Shown here piece after piece: positions 23,415 through 35,500 of a stretch of 64,000 bases of DNA. Numbering within the stretch: the first letter of the stretch is position 1; every line of letters starts with the position of its first letter. Origin of the DNA: Macrostomum lignano (lineage: Eukaryota). Under the pieces are notes generated by a model that had not been told where the DNA came from, searched no databases, and was given only the letters and a program-made list of their open reading frames with translations. The DNA lies in contig NIVC01001284.1 in assembly GCA_002269645.1 (NCBI GenBank), positions 1 through 64,000 of the forward strand, in the 5' to 3' direction. The position numbers and the translations under genes were made by a program.

Positions 23415-23750
23415 GAGGCACGCTATGATTTTTGGCAGGGGCTGTGTGCACCCTGGTGCAGTTTAAGCGACATTGTCACACAACCGGCGAGAGGCATTAC
23501 TGCCCATTGCGCTGACTCCCCTAAGTAAGCACACAAGCGCACTGATACATACGCAGTCACACGCACAAGCACATGTACACTTCATTATGCCTTGAGGGTT
23601 GGCCGGCCTTAAGGGCGTTAGTTGCACGAGCAGATCGAGCCAAGCCGAGATTCGATTTTAGCCCCAAATTACTGTGACTGCAGTTGGAATTGAGCCCGGG
23701 CCGCAGGCATGTAAGAGCGTCGCGGTAGACCGCTGGGCTACGGCACTCAG
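23415..23750 (-). mobile_element. tRNA-derived SINE family 2
   Basis: Minus-strand head GTGCCGTAGCCCAGCGG...CCCGGGCTCAATTCC; body shared with 6110-6445 and 59425-59560. Confidence 0.7.
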
Positions 23751-24637
23751 TCACGCTATTGCAAACTTTCGCAGAACCGTTAGCAGCATTTTCACAAAAA
23801 TGTGCACATCCATTCTAAACTCTACTTCTTTAAACGCTATTTTACGGAAAGTTTATTTCAAATTTGGCATACGAGCGCGCGCCGCTTAAGTCACGAGCTC
23901 GAATCTGCAGCAACTAAACCAACCGTACAAATAGGGTAGCAAACAAGTGTGAGGCGAGGCACATCCTAGACAGTTGGTTGACTGCAAGTCGGTAGTGACA
24001 GTCGGACCGATTCTGGAAAAAGTTGGTCCTTGCCGAGCTCAGTGGAAGATTCGAACTCGCAACCAGAAACCGCAACCCTAACCGAAACGAAGAAGTAGGC
24101 TGCCAAAGAAAATCTTATTTTCAAACAGACCAAATGAGTTTAGACGATGTTTTTCACGGCCCCGTTGATTTTTTTCTCATCGCCTTTGCCTGTCAATCAT
24201 CCTGGGTAAAATTTGCTGTTCCGACAATATTCAAAGCAAAAAAGTTTCTAAATATGGTGTAAAAAATTAAAGATGCATTAAGCATCGCTTTTAGAATTCA
24301 AAAGCTACCCCAGGAAGACAGGGTATGCTATAATGCATCATGCATAGTAGCTCCGCCTCCCGATAGAAGATTTATCATTCATGCATGAATAAAATTTAAA
24401 ACAAAGCCAACATCCGAGGAAGCTGATTTTCTCTGACGCCATTAACACATGCAAACACTTTCGGCAGAGCGTGAAACCCTTTTGTTTGCTTTCGCATCGT
24501 TTCCATTTCCTGTTCGACTGCCCCGCTATAGTTAGGCTTCCATTAGGGCTTGGATGCAATTTTCATAAGGAGACACGCTGTGAAGTTTGGCCATGCACGA
24601 GTCTCCATCAGCCCTGCTAAACAGCAAGTCTTGAGGC

Positions 24638-25446
24638 ATGAGGCAAGGTCTAATTCTGATGCTGTCTCTGTCAGGACTCGCATTCTCGGCAGTCACGACA
24701 TCCCAAATCATGTTTGCTGCCGTAAAGCTGCACAGCATCTCGGCTCCAGCTGCCATGGAGTCGGCGCCACGACTCGGCAGGTTGGAATGCGCCGAGCTCT
24801 GCTCTGTGAGACCCGCCTGCTTCGGCTTCAGCTGGCTGCAGGGTCTGTGCCGACTCTTTGACTGGCTGGCCTTCAGCAGCACGGATGGCTGGCAGGTCTC
24901 GGAGTCATGCGATGTGTACACCAGGATTGTCGGTAATATTTCACGCACCATGTATTAAGAATTCGACTAATTCACTTCGTGGGAATTCACGGTGTGCATT
25001 AATAATATTGCTTAAGTTACAGGTACTTTGACCGCAAATAATTTTCAGACTTGCAGCCGCCAACTCGGCTAAAACTCGAAAGCTGCTCGCAGAGCTCAAC
25101 GTTTGGGTCGAACGTTTGCGGACGAGCAATTGACGGAAACAGGAACCAAGACTACTTTGCCAATTCCTGCGCCCATACCGGAATAAAGTCGTTCGAATGG
25201 TGGGAGGGGCAGCTGGCCGCTCCATCGCTTGTCTCTTACGTCACCATCTACAACAGGCAGGACTGCTGCCCTGAACGACTCGAAAAATTCTCGCTGCAGG
25301 TGAACGGCGTCGAGTGCAACCGAGTGAACCTGACGGTGCCGTTCTCCGTGGCCAACTTCAGCTGCAACGCCTTCGGCAGCCGAGTTCGAGTGGTTAATCT
25401 TCAAGACTTTCCTATAACGATTTGCGAGCTTGAGGCGTCTAGTTGA
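24638..25446 (+). CDS. Secreted PAN/Apple + F-type lectin, copy H (intact, canonical fucose-binding motif)
   Basis: Exon 1 24638-24932 (295 nt), intron 24933-25048, exon 2 25049-25446. It has exact H-x26-R-x-D-x4-R spacing (CAHT...NRQDCCPERL), the AIDGN calcium-site motif and vicinal CC. Confidence 0.9.
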
Positions 25447-26162
25447 ACACTTTTGCACTACATTGACGTCAAGTGCAAGGTGAGATGTCACAGGACAAGT
25501 GTCCATACAGGTGGTCGAACTGCAATCCAAGATAAGTCTACAAAACATGAAAATGAAGCAGTGTTACAATTACAATCTATCTATATGTACATGTACCAGC
25601 CTGAAACTTTAACCTATACCGGCCACCAAGGTAAAAGATACAAAAATAAAAATAGGTCACTGCAAAACTCAAAACGTATTTTTTTGTTTTCTAGACAGTT
25701 AATTATCATTATAGCCAACGGTGTCGAAACATATTTCAAAGTGGGGGGGGGGCTATTGGAGGGAGGGCACATTGCACATGATTTTTTGTAATCGAAGGGC
25801 ACCCTAACTCCTGCTTGCGACACTAATTGTGACAACCAGGCCAATATTCAATTCTATGTTGGAAGTAGCCAAAGTTAGAAAAATGTTCGAATTTTCAACT
25901 AATTTATACATTGCGCAACTGCGCTGCACTATCAATTTATTTAGTGATATCTCAAATGAATGAAATTTGCCAGAGCAAGACCAGTAGTTTTCTGGATCTC
26001 TTGGCTGCCTCCTTCAGTTCCTCTTGGCGCTGTGTCTATTCTTTTATCTGACGGCATTTTAGTGCTTTTAGTTGCAGCGCCAGAAGTGGTTTAAGTCTTG
26101 GGATTGCGGCGGACTCGGAATTTCGATCAGAGATGCCAAAGTCAAAGGGCTGAATACTAAAA

Positions 26163-27322
26163 CAGGGGTTGGCGAACTCCGGCCTGAGGGCCAAATGTGG
26201 CCCGCAAAGCCTCTCATCCGGCCCTTGGGTCCTTTGAATCTTCACAATAGCAATCCGGTCCGCTCGATGTTTGTGTCTCTTCTTAGCTCTCTTCCCTCAC
26301 CTCTCTCTTCTCATATTCTCTCATGTCCTGTCCTCTCCTCTCCTCTCCTCTCCTCTCTTATGTCCTCTCATCTCCTCACCTATCTCCTCTCCTCTCCTCT
26401 CTCTCTCCTTTCCTCTCCTCTTCTCTCCTCTCTCCTTTCCTCTCATCTTCTCACCTCTCCTCTCCTCTCATCTCCTCACCTCTCTCCTCTCCTCTCATCT
26501 CCTCACCTCTCTACTCTCCTCTCATCTCCTCATCTCTCTCCTCTCCTCTCATCTCCTCACCTCTCCTCACTTCTCCTCACCTCTCTCCTCTCCTCTCATC
26601 TCCTCATCCCTCTCCTCTCCTCTCATCTCCTCACCTCTCTCCTCTCCTCTCATCTCCTCATCTCTCTCCTCTCCTCTCATCTCCTCACCTCTCTACTCTC
26701 CTCTCATCTCCTCATCTCTCTCCTCTCCTCTCATCTCCTCACCTCTCCTCACTTCTCCTCACCTCTCTCCTCTCCTCTCATCTCCTCATCCCTCTCCTCT
26801 CCTCTCATCTCCTCACCTCTCTCCTCTCCTCTCATCTCCTCACCTCTCTCCTCTCCTCTCATCTCCTCATCCCTCTCCTCTCCTCTTATCTCCTCACCTC
26901 TCTCCTCTCCTCTCATCTCCTCACCTCTCTCCTCTCCTCTCATCTCCTCACCTCTCCTCATCTCTCTCCTCTCCTCTCATCTCCCGTTTCCTCTCCATTC
27001 TCTTCTCCCTTCCCTCCTCTCTCCTCTCCTTACCTCCTCTTTCTTATATTTCGACTCTCCTCATACATCTCCCCTCTCCTCTCTCCTCTCCTATTTTATC
27101 TCTCTTCTCGTCTACTCTCTTCTCCTTTATTCTTTCGCCTCTCCTTTCTCCTGCTCTCGTATTTCTCTTCTCCATTCCCTATCCTCTCTCCCTACAGCTC
27201 GCAGTCATCAGGGACTCCTGGGCGCGCGTTCCGCTTAGGGGGCCCAGCGAAGCGGACCCAGAAGGGCAGTCATTGCGCTGTTCTCAATCTGGCCCTTGAG
27301 GTAAAAGGTTTGCTGACCCCTG
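26163..27322. mobile_element. Non-autonomous hAT (Charlie-like) element filled with a CT minisatellite
   Basis: Left end CAGGGGTTGGCGAACTCCGGCCTGAGGGCCAAATGTGGCCCGC; right end TTTGCTGACCCCTG; 8-bp TSD TACTAAAA / CACTAAAA with a central TA. Confidence 0.8.
26271..27190. repeat. Pyrimidine-rich minisatellite of about 22 bp (CTCCTCTCATCTCCTCACCTCT)n
   Basis: Direct reading; the three overlapping 338-388 aa Ser/Leu/Pro ORFs are by-products of it. Confidence 0.95.
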
Positions 27323-28244
27323 CACTAAAAGCACTATAGGCTTAGGCACATTGGATAAAAACTGCAGTGGAATGGGATTGAGAACAACATCCAGCCCCCC
27401 CCCCCCCGGTTCCGACATCCCTGATTATACATTTAGCTCGTACAAAAGCTTTCTTTGCCTAAAAAACACTTTTTGGTTGCCAGGATTGGATACCCGCTAA
27501 TGTCGAAATTTCAAGTCTAGTTAGAAATTAAGATTTATTACTCAAGCTTCCGGAATGTCCATGCTCTCACCTTACATGAGAGACTTAGCATCCGCGGATA
27601 ACAATTCTGTATCCTACATGTACATTCGAGTTCTGCATGCATTTGTTGAGCTTTTCTATACACCAGTATATACATAGTATGTAATTAGAGTCACAACTGT
27701 AAAGACATGTTCATTGTCACCTACAATAAGTTCAATATTTGCTACATAACTCTGGTCAACCGTTACCTCGTAGTCAATGTTACAACCATTTTCAGTCTTT
27801 GACGTGCAAAGGATACTCTAATGGCAGTACCGCACAATTCAATCACCCCCGAAAAAATTGCGCTTCTCCAATAACTTAATGTGAGCACGCGGTACTCACA
27901 AGGACTAATTCTGTAGTTATACTACAAATATACTCCTATAGGAGACCGGGATTGCCTACCAAGAGACGGTGGCACCCTCCAACGGACAGGGCCTGATACT
28001 TATACGGGATTGGAGAAGGCCCTCCAATCAAATTTGCTCCGTTCGGGTGCAAAAAGTATCCTTACAGCGCAATGCAGATTTTTTATGCACAGCTCAAAGT
28101 TTGTTGGCCTCCGGGAGTTACTTACAAGTAGGAAGTGTGGAATACCTACAGAAAAATGCAACTGAGTTTACCAATATACTTAGTAATCTTTAGCTGCCAT
28201 ATCGGTTTGAGTTGGTCATGATAATAAATTGTCCGCGATTCTTA

Positions 28245-28440
28245 CTGACTGTTCATGACCCCAGTGACTGTTCATGATCTCGACTAGCTGTTCATGATAC
28301 CCACCGACTGTTCATGACAACAACCGATTGTTCATGATCCCCACCGACTGTGCATGATCCCCACTTACTATTCATGATCTCCACTGGCTATTCATTATCC
28401 CTACTTACTATTCATGATGCCCACTGACTGTTCATGATTC
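28245..28440. repeat. Degenerate 20-21-bp tandem repeat (CCACCGACTGTTCATGATC-like)
   Basis: About nine copies of the core (T/G)TTCATGA. Confidence 0.85.
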
Positions 28441-31400
28441 CTAATAGTAGTATATTAGTTCATAATTTCTCACCGATGCGTTGTGCTTTTAGTTTTGACG
28501 ATTGGTATTAAATAAAACAAAGGGTAAAGCCGTAAAGCGACAAACAAGACAGCAAGAAATTCAATTACTTCAGTAAGCTGGTGGTTAGAGTCTTGAAAAG
28601 GCTGATTTTTTAACAGAATTTCGACGAGTATATTTTGCCTGCTATTTTTAGCTTGAATAATAAAGGAAAAAACACAGTTGAAAGCTGAAACAAAAAATTG
28701 GACATACAGAAGTACGGATGGCCTGGTCGGTAGTTCTACTGGTGTAAAATACTAGCATAGCAATTGCGTGCGAGAGAATATTGAGTACAGGTACGAAAGA
28801 TATTGCTGCGGTTTTTATTCGTCATCAGAGATTTTTAAAATAATCAACATTATTTAAACTATTACGCGGTCCGTTGCGGGTAAACAGAAACAAAAAACAG
28901 ACTGCTTGGCAACTACATAATTATTATAGCTTAGATGGATTTAAAAGAAAAACTAATTAAAATGGTAAGTAGTAGAGGTGCGAGCGAGAACTCCGACCGA
29001 GGCAGATAATTAGCAGCGAATTAAATATTTTTAACGACTGTGCTCAAACGCAGAAATAGGAATAACAATAAGTATAGTTGACGATACATAAACAGCTGAG
29101 AGCTCGAAGTCATCAATAATGCGCCGCGCACACAAACCCATTGAAAGACGCTACATACATATAAAGTACAAGTACATTACACAGGTACCTAGCCAGTTAT
29201 TAAGGAGTATAGAATATCAATTCCGCTGAAACAGTACTGAATTGTACAGCAAAGCGTTCGAGAGGCCGGCACAGACCAATATAAACTACCCAAAAGCAAG
29301 CGAAGCCGGGCAAAAAGTGCCCTGAAAGTGTTCTTTTTAGTAAAAAATGTACAAACAACAATCAGCAAAAGAATTAACCAGCAAAATATTCGCAAGCAAG
29401 GGTAGCAGCAAGTCTGGCTCATCGAATCGATCGATCTCTCTCTGTCTCCATAGAAACACGCTTTCAATCAGGTTGGAAAGCGGAACTAACTAATAATAAT
29501 TATATAACAAAAATAAATAGAATTTTGTAGAATATAATAACTGCGATACGATAAATTTCCAGGTACAGTAGGTAGGTAAAGGAAAGATACGGTAAGAGAA
29601 TTATTACACAGACGAATAATAATAAAACCAAGTGAAAATGCAATAAAAACAATTACAATAAGTACATTAAAGATAATTTTATTAGGCAGCGGCACAGACG
29701 CATCACAAGACTTGAGACAGGAGCTGATTAATTTTGGTTTACTTCTAGTTCAATATTGGCTAAATTAATTTAGTTAAATAATTAATTTTGTACTTCAGTT
29801 AACCTCTGAATAACAACAGTAAACGAGAAATAGGCGAAGTCACAACACAGAGTGGATGATGATAATAGTAATAGTAATAATAGGACAGAAAAAGTGTCTC
29901 TTGAACTTCTGTCTGTGTGTGAGTCGATATAAAAACAGCGCTTTTTTCGGAAAAAGAAACCGAGCCGAACACAACAAGTTAGGAAAGCAAGGAAAAATAA
30001 ACAAAGGACAGACACTAGACTGAAAAAATATGAATTATTAACGGGAGATTAATGAATTACGAGAGACGATTAGAAAAATACGAACCCAAACTAATATCGA
30101 GGATTGAAACACTACGCACTAAGCTGAAAGAAATACCAATAAAAATACAAGTAAAATATGAAGGAGACGAGGAAGAAGACTTATTATATTGCTTACATCC
30201 TACTTGAAATAAAGTTGTCAGTAGTATACGAGCATATAGAGAGGCTTAATAATTCTATAAAAAGCTTATTTACAACAGCAGGGAAACAAGCGCAGAGAGA
30301 GGTGGGGGAGAGAGAACAAAAATGCAAAGCCGAAGCTTAATAAGAGTACGGGGAACGAAGAGAAATATTATTAATAATCCTGACAATGAATTGGCATGGC
30401 AGTGGCAGAGGAACTGGCGGGACAATGCAGAGAGAACAAAAAACGCGGCTTAAAATGATTTTTCACACTCTCTCTCTTTCTCTATTTCATCAATCAAAAA
30501 GACGGATAAAATAGCGAGATAAACATATATAGAGACATGAAGATGGCAATACAGACAGACTGACAAGAAAGACCAGCTATTACAGCAACTGTGTGCAGTC
30601 AGTAGTTAGTATATACGTCGCATCTTGAAGACATCTCTAAGCTGTAAGAATACGCCAACATTAGTCATATCCTACCCCCGGTGTTCGGTACAGAAGTGAC
30701 TGATTAAAACAGTGACAAGATGGTTAGAGATTGGAAACAAAAATATAGATGCATATAACTCAGAAGTCGGCAAATCTGAACCGGCCCGCTCAAAGATTGT
30801 CTCTTCTTAGCTCTTTTCTCTCGCCTTTCTCTTCTCCTTTCTTTTCTCTCCTCCCCTTCTCTGGTCAGCAGTCATGCTCTGGGTTTTTTATGTTTGCCGA
30901 CCCTGATACAACTGATCATCAGCACAGGAATACGGTAAAAATGACATACACGGCACATACTACTTACAAACAAAGATTTACTTATTGGTATACGGTTGTG
31001 ACGCGCTTGCAGATTACAATAATATATGAGCCTAGCAAACTGATTGACAGGCTTAGCGTACTGAAGGACACTGTAGGCACCAGAGAGACAAAAACACAAA
31101 AAAAGAGACGAGCCGCTACTTCAGCCCTGCATGCGGTTGTTGCAGGCATTAAAAGCAAGAAATATCAAGAAAGAAGAGAGAAAGAGAAGCTTGCTGAACT
31201 AAAATTCGATTATTACTTTAGGTTAGGATCTTTCACATGCGCATACAAAACTAAATGATTGAATTTGGGAAGATATGATGAATGAGAAGGCTTGTGTAGA
31301 TTAGTTTGTTGTTTGTTTAAGAAACCGGTTGAGTCTGTTTCAGCAAAAAAACAACAATAACAATAATGAACAACACAAAAAAGTTGAAGGATGAGACGCC

Positions 31401-32131
31401 TGGCAGCGATCTGAGCTGATGATGATGGTTAAGCATGACGATGATTTCTATTGGATTGGAATTGGCGGTGTTCGGCAATAAATTTGCTTTATCCTACTGT
31501 CAGTAGTGTAATCCAGTAGTAAGTAGTCATCAATCGATTTTTCTAAGAAACAAAGCAGAGAAAAATATTCCCGACCGACCGCCAGAATCCAAATAAAAAC
31601 ACAAGCAAATTCCTCAATTCTTCTCGTGAACCCGGGTCACTGGAAGGTGACAGTTAAAAAAGAACCGAGAGATACGCGGCTTGTATATAAAATAGATTTG
31701 ACGCCATCGCAAAGGCGCCTGAGCTTCGCTACACAGTGAGTACAGTAAAGAAGAGAGTTCCAGATTATACAGAATCAGCAAAAATCGGTTGCCACAAAAA
31801 ATGCGGCTTTATTTGTTTTTTTCTTCAGTCTCCGAATTACAGAAAAGACGGTTAAGAAGAAGAGATTAAAAAAATACTCTTCGGTTTTTTCTTAATAATA
31901 ATAATAGCCAAATTGCAACTTGGATTTCTGAAGCAACACAAAACACAGACAGCACAGCTCGGAAGGACTGAAGCCTTGCCTCTCAAAACTAGTAAAGACT
32001 AAGAATGTTTAAATAAGAATAAATAAAAAATGGCAGGACAAAAAATAGATACGTATAGAAAAAACGCACACAGAAGAATTCTGTTGAAGCACAAACCCGT
32101 GTTTCGTTTCTCCGCTGTTGTCTTGTCTACT

Positions 32132-32554
32132 TCAGGCCGATACGTTTAGCATTCGTTTCAGCGTCATGCTGGCCAAGTCGCATTGAATCTGCTGCATCTG
32201 CAATTGCTGCTGCTGCTGCTGTTGTTGTTGCTGTTGAGCAATCATAGCGTTGCACCAATCCATGGGTGGAACTGGAAGCTCCTCGGCTCTTGGCGGCTCG
32301 TGAACCCGACCGCCAGCCAGCTGCCTAGCTGGTGGCGAATATGCCATCTGGTGGTGCTGCTGTTGCGGCGGTGTTCGACTACGACCCTTCGGGCTAGAAC
32401 GCGATGACGCCTGCTTAGCGTAATACTGCAGCTGCTGCTGCTGCTGCTGATAATAATAGTACTGTGTACTGCTGCCATTGTAGCATTGCTGCTGCTGTTG
32501 CTTTTTGTTATTATTGTTGCTGCTCATTTTCGTTGTGGCACACTGGTGGCACAT
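32132..32554 (-). CDS. PNRC: PNRC-family (proline-rich nuclear receptor coactivator / decapping adaptor) protein, single coding exon; may start at MSSNN (32527)
   Basis: LAGGRVHEPPRAEELPVPPMDW resembles the PNRC motif [22 protein letters not shown], and the C-terminal LKRMLNVSA* resembles PNRC2 LKTLLKVQV. The length (about 140 aa) fits, and the rest is low-complexity Q/N/S/Y. Confidence 0.78.
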   Translation of the reverse strand: MCHQCATTKMSSNNNNKKQQQQQCYNGSSTQYYYYQQQQQQLQYYAKQASSRSSPKGRSRTPPQQQHHQMAYSPPARQLAGGRVHEPPRAEELPVPPMDWCNAMIAQQQQQQQQQQQLQMQQIQCDLASMTLKRMLNVSA

Positions 32555-35500
32555 TGAACTGATGCGCGATTCAATTAAGAATAAAAATTATGTATATGGA
32601 AGCTTATTATATTACTGCTTGGCTAGATCGCTATTAATATAAATCTAATGAGATTTTGCTTTTAGACAACTTCGCTAATCAATAGAAACGTTTTCGTTGA
32701 TAATATAACGATTTTTTAAATCTTTTTTCTTATAGATTTGATTCGCACAACCGTTGTTGACCTGCAACAAAAGTGAAGGTGAAGTTGGGGTCGTTTAGTT
32801 TTGATACATGCAACTAAAGATGAAAAAGCGGCTGTCTAATAAATGCAAATATTGAACATTTAAAAAGCTGGGGCCCAAAACTTACCAACTTTGATCGTAA
32901 CTGCTTTACCAGAATGAAAATGCAAACGCCTTCACGCACAACACTTCCTTTAGCTTAGTAAGTAAAGCCTAGGCTCACATTTAGCAATGATGATTACTGT
33001 TGGGGCTGAGGGGCCAGGAGCGAGACCCCTGCAATTTATTTTATAGACCCTGTTCTCCATTCTCTCTCTCCCCCCCCCCCGTAGCCAGGGTGAGAGGGTG
33101 AGGGAGGGTGAAAAACGGATCGATGAAAACAGACAGGGCCAGGCGGGAGAGACTGTACATAGGCTTCAACCAAATAAGAGCCAATGTACAGTCTTGAAAT
33201 ATTAAGAGCGGAAAACGAGAGAGGGGATAGAAGAGGACAGGGGGTAGAGCAAAGAAAGAACATTTTAACCAGCTGGGAGCGAATAGGAGGCCGAGTCACA
33301 TGATAAACCTCAAGGTCGAGGCCTTGGCCCACCCTCCTAATCAAACCTCGTGACGCACGCACAGGGCTAATGCAGCTTTGAAATTCCTTCCCCTTACCCC
33401 AGCGCTTTCTGTCAAGCCTCTCTTCTCCTGTCCTGTCCCAACCCAACCCAACAACGATTGCTTTGCCTGGCACAGCCCTCTCTATGCTTGTTTTTGCAAG
33501 AAAGCCTAGACCTACAGACAGCCTAGACCTTCATACAGTTCTGCTTCAGCGCTTTTTATTCCTTCCTTTTTCCTCTACTTACTTAACTACAGCCCCGTAA
33601 ATGAAACCCCCGCCTCAGTTCAGCAAGGCTAGGTTATTACTTCTAATATAAATCGCTAGAACTGGCTCAGCGGCTCCCTGCTGTTCCTAGCCCTACCAAG
33701 TACACACTTATCTCAATTTTACCAAACCTATGCTAACTGCTGAGGCTAGCATAATAGCATTGTATTGTTTTTAGCAGAGGCCAGGCTAGCTAAGCGAAAA
33801 CACAAATCAGCTGCTTCTGAGAAAGACTGGAAGAAAACTAAGGTTAGGCGGGGGGAGGGGGAGACACGACAATGACAGGATACTTTAAATTACTGCAAAA
33901 TAGCTAAAATGATAGAAAAAGCTACGGGTAAACAGACAAAATAGGCTAGATAGCGTGTGACACGCGTATTATGGAGGCAAGCGGCCCGCGGGTTTAACTA
34001 ATTTTGTCGCTGTTTATTTTAGTTGCTTAAACAAGAACATTAGTTTTATAATCAAGAAGGGGGCATTAAGACAGAATCCTACGAGTATATAGTAAAGTTA
34101 TAAATAAAAAATGAAACTTAGATGACTAATGACTTGTATCGAAGCAAGAAAATAGACGAGAAAAAGTACATTTAGCTTATCGAAAGTTGGAGCCTCTAAT
34201 TTAAATTTAGACTTTGAACTCGAATTGACTGTTCAATAAGTTACCTAGAGAAAATTTAAATTCGAAAACAAGATAAAATCAAGTCAAGCAGAGTTGCACT
34301 TCGAACTGCTTTGAAGGATTAAATTTGATAAGCACCTTTTGATAAGAACACCATCCAGGTCTGTAGAATATTCTAGAACCAATTAAATAAAAATAGAAAT
34401 TTAACAGACTTAAGAATTTACGTGACGAATTTAAAATAGAAATAGTCAGTATATTTATTCTGGAAATAAACAAGCATATAAACGAACAATGTATGAATTT
34501 GTAAACGCAAATAATCCAGACAAAGATGTGATGCGATGCTAACAAATTTTAGTAGCCAAACCGATCAGCTGATGCTGACTTGTTTGTTACTGACAGAATG
34601 AATCACCCGCTTTGTCGTCGTCTGGTTATATGGTATAACTAATTATTTTCACCCCTTTAAGCCTGGGAGTAGAATGACGTCCCGCCTTCACCTTCTATCC
34701 CTGGATTTGAGACACGAGACTAAGAATTAGTCGTGTGCAGTCAGTTAGTCCAGAAACAAAGACCAAGTAAAGCAGCTTGAATTTCTAACTTCTGACACAA
34801 AGACGCAGTCGTGAACAGCGATTTTCTATTTATAATGATATTCCAGGTCTTGAGCCAGCTGGCAGACCTAAGAAACAAATAATGCCTTCTGTTGACTGAC
34901 TAACAGTTTCCCCAAAACCAAGTTTAGACACAAAGACTAAAAGTAAGAACAAAGACATATTCACACATAGCTTTGTTAGAAGTTCGAGTCTAAAGCTTAA
35001 CTTGGCCTATAGATGCTCTCCAGTTGGCACAGTTAGTTACGCAATATGAAGGCCGGGACTCGAAACATTTACCTAACTCTAACCTGCAAAAACACCTGGC
35101 AGTATCTTAATTGTTTTCCTTAGTCTAGGTCTAGTCTAGTCTGGCCCTCTAAATTCCGCAATCGTTCCAGGCCACTATGTACTTATATTAAATAAGCCTG
35201 TGAACACTGGATGATTGCACAACCGCGCGAATTTTACTCCAATTTAAATATTTTCCCGGCCTAGCCCAGTCGGGCCGGGCAGATAATTATATTTAATAGG
35301 CGACCAAACTGGAGATTCTACTAAAATTATTGCTGAAAGACAGCTGGGTAAAATTTGTAAAATGACTAATAGTTCTATAACAACGTCTTAACCAGCACCC
35401 ACTAATTATCTGAGAGAGAAAACCAATTAAATAATCCATCCAGGTGCGATAAGCCTTATCAAAATCATTCGATGATAAGATAGTACTGAGGCATATTATA

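Noticed and set aside
24975-24995. NF-kB-like site GGGAATTCAC in lectin introns or upstream regions
   Set aside because: Imperfect match, not conserved across copies, and expected by chance.
26072-27339. Three overlapping 338-388 aa Ser/Leu/Pro-rich ORFs
   Set aside because: A C/T-only minisatellite cannot contain stop codons; it lies inside a hAT element and has no splice or domain support.
29189-31258. Several hydrophobic or basic ORFs of 60-170 aa
   Set aside because: Compositional by-products of a strand-biased AT-rich region; no motifs or splice structure.
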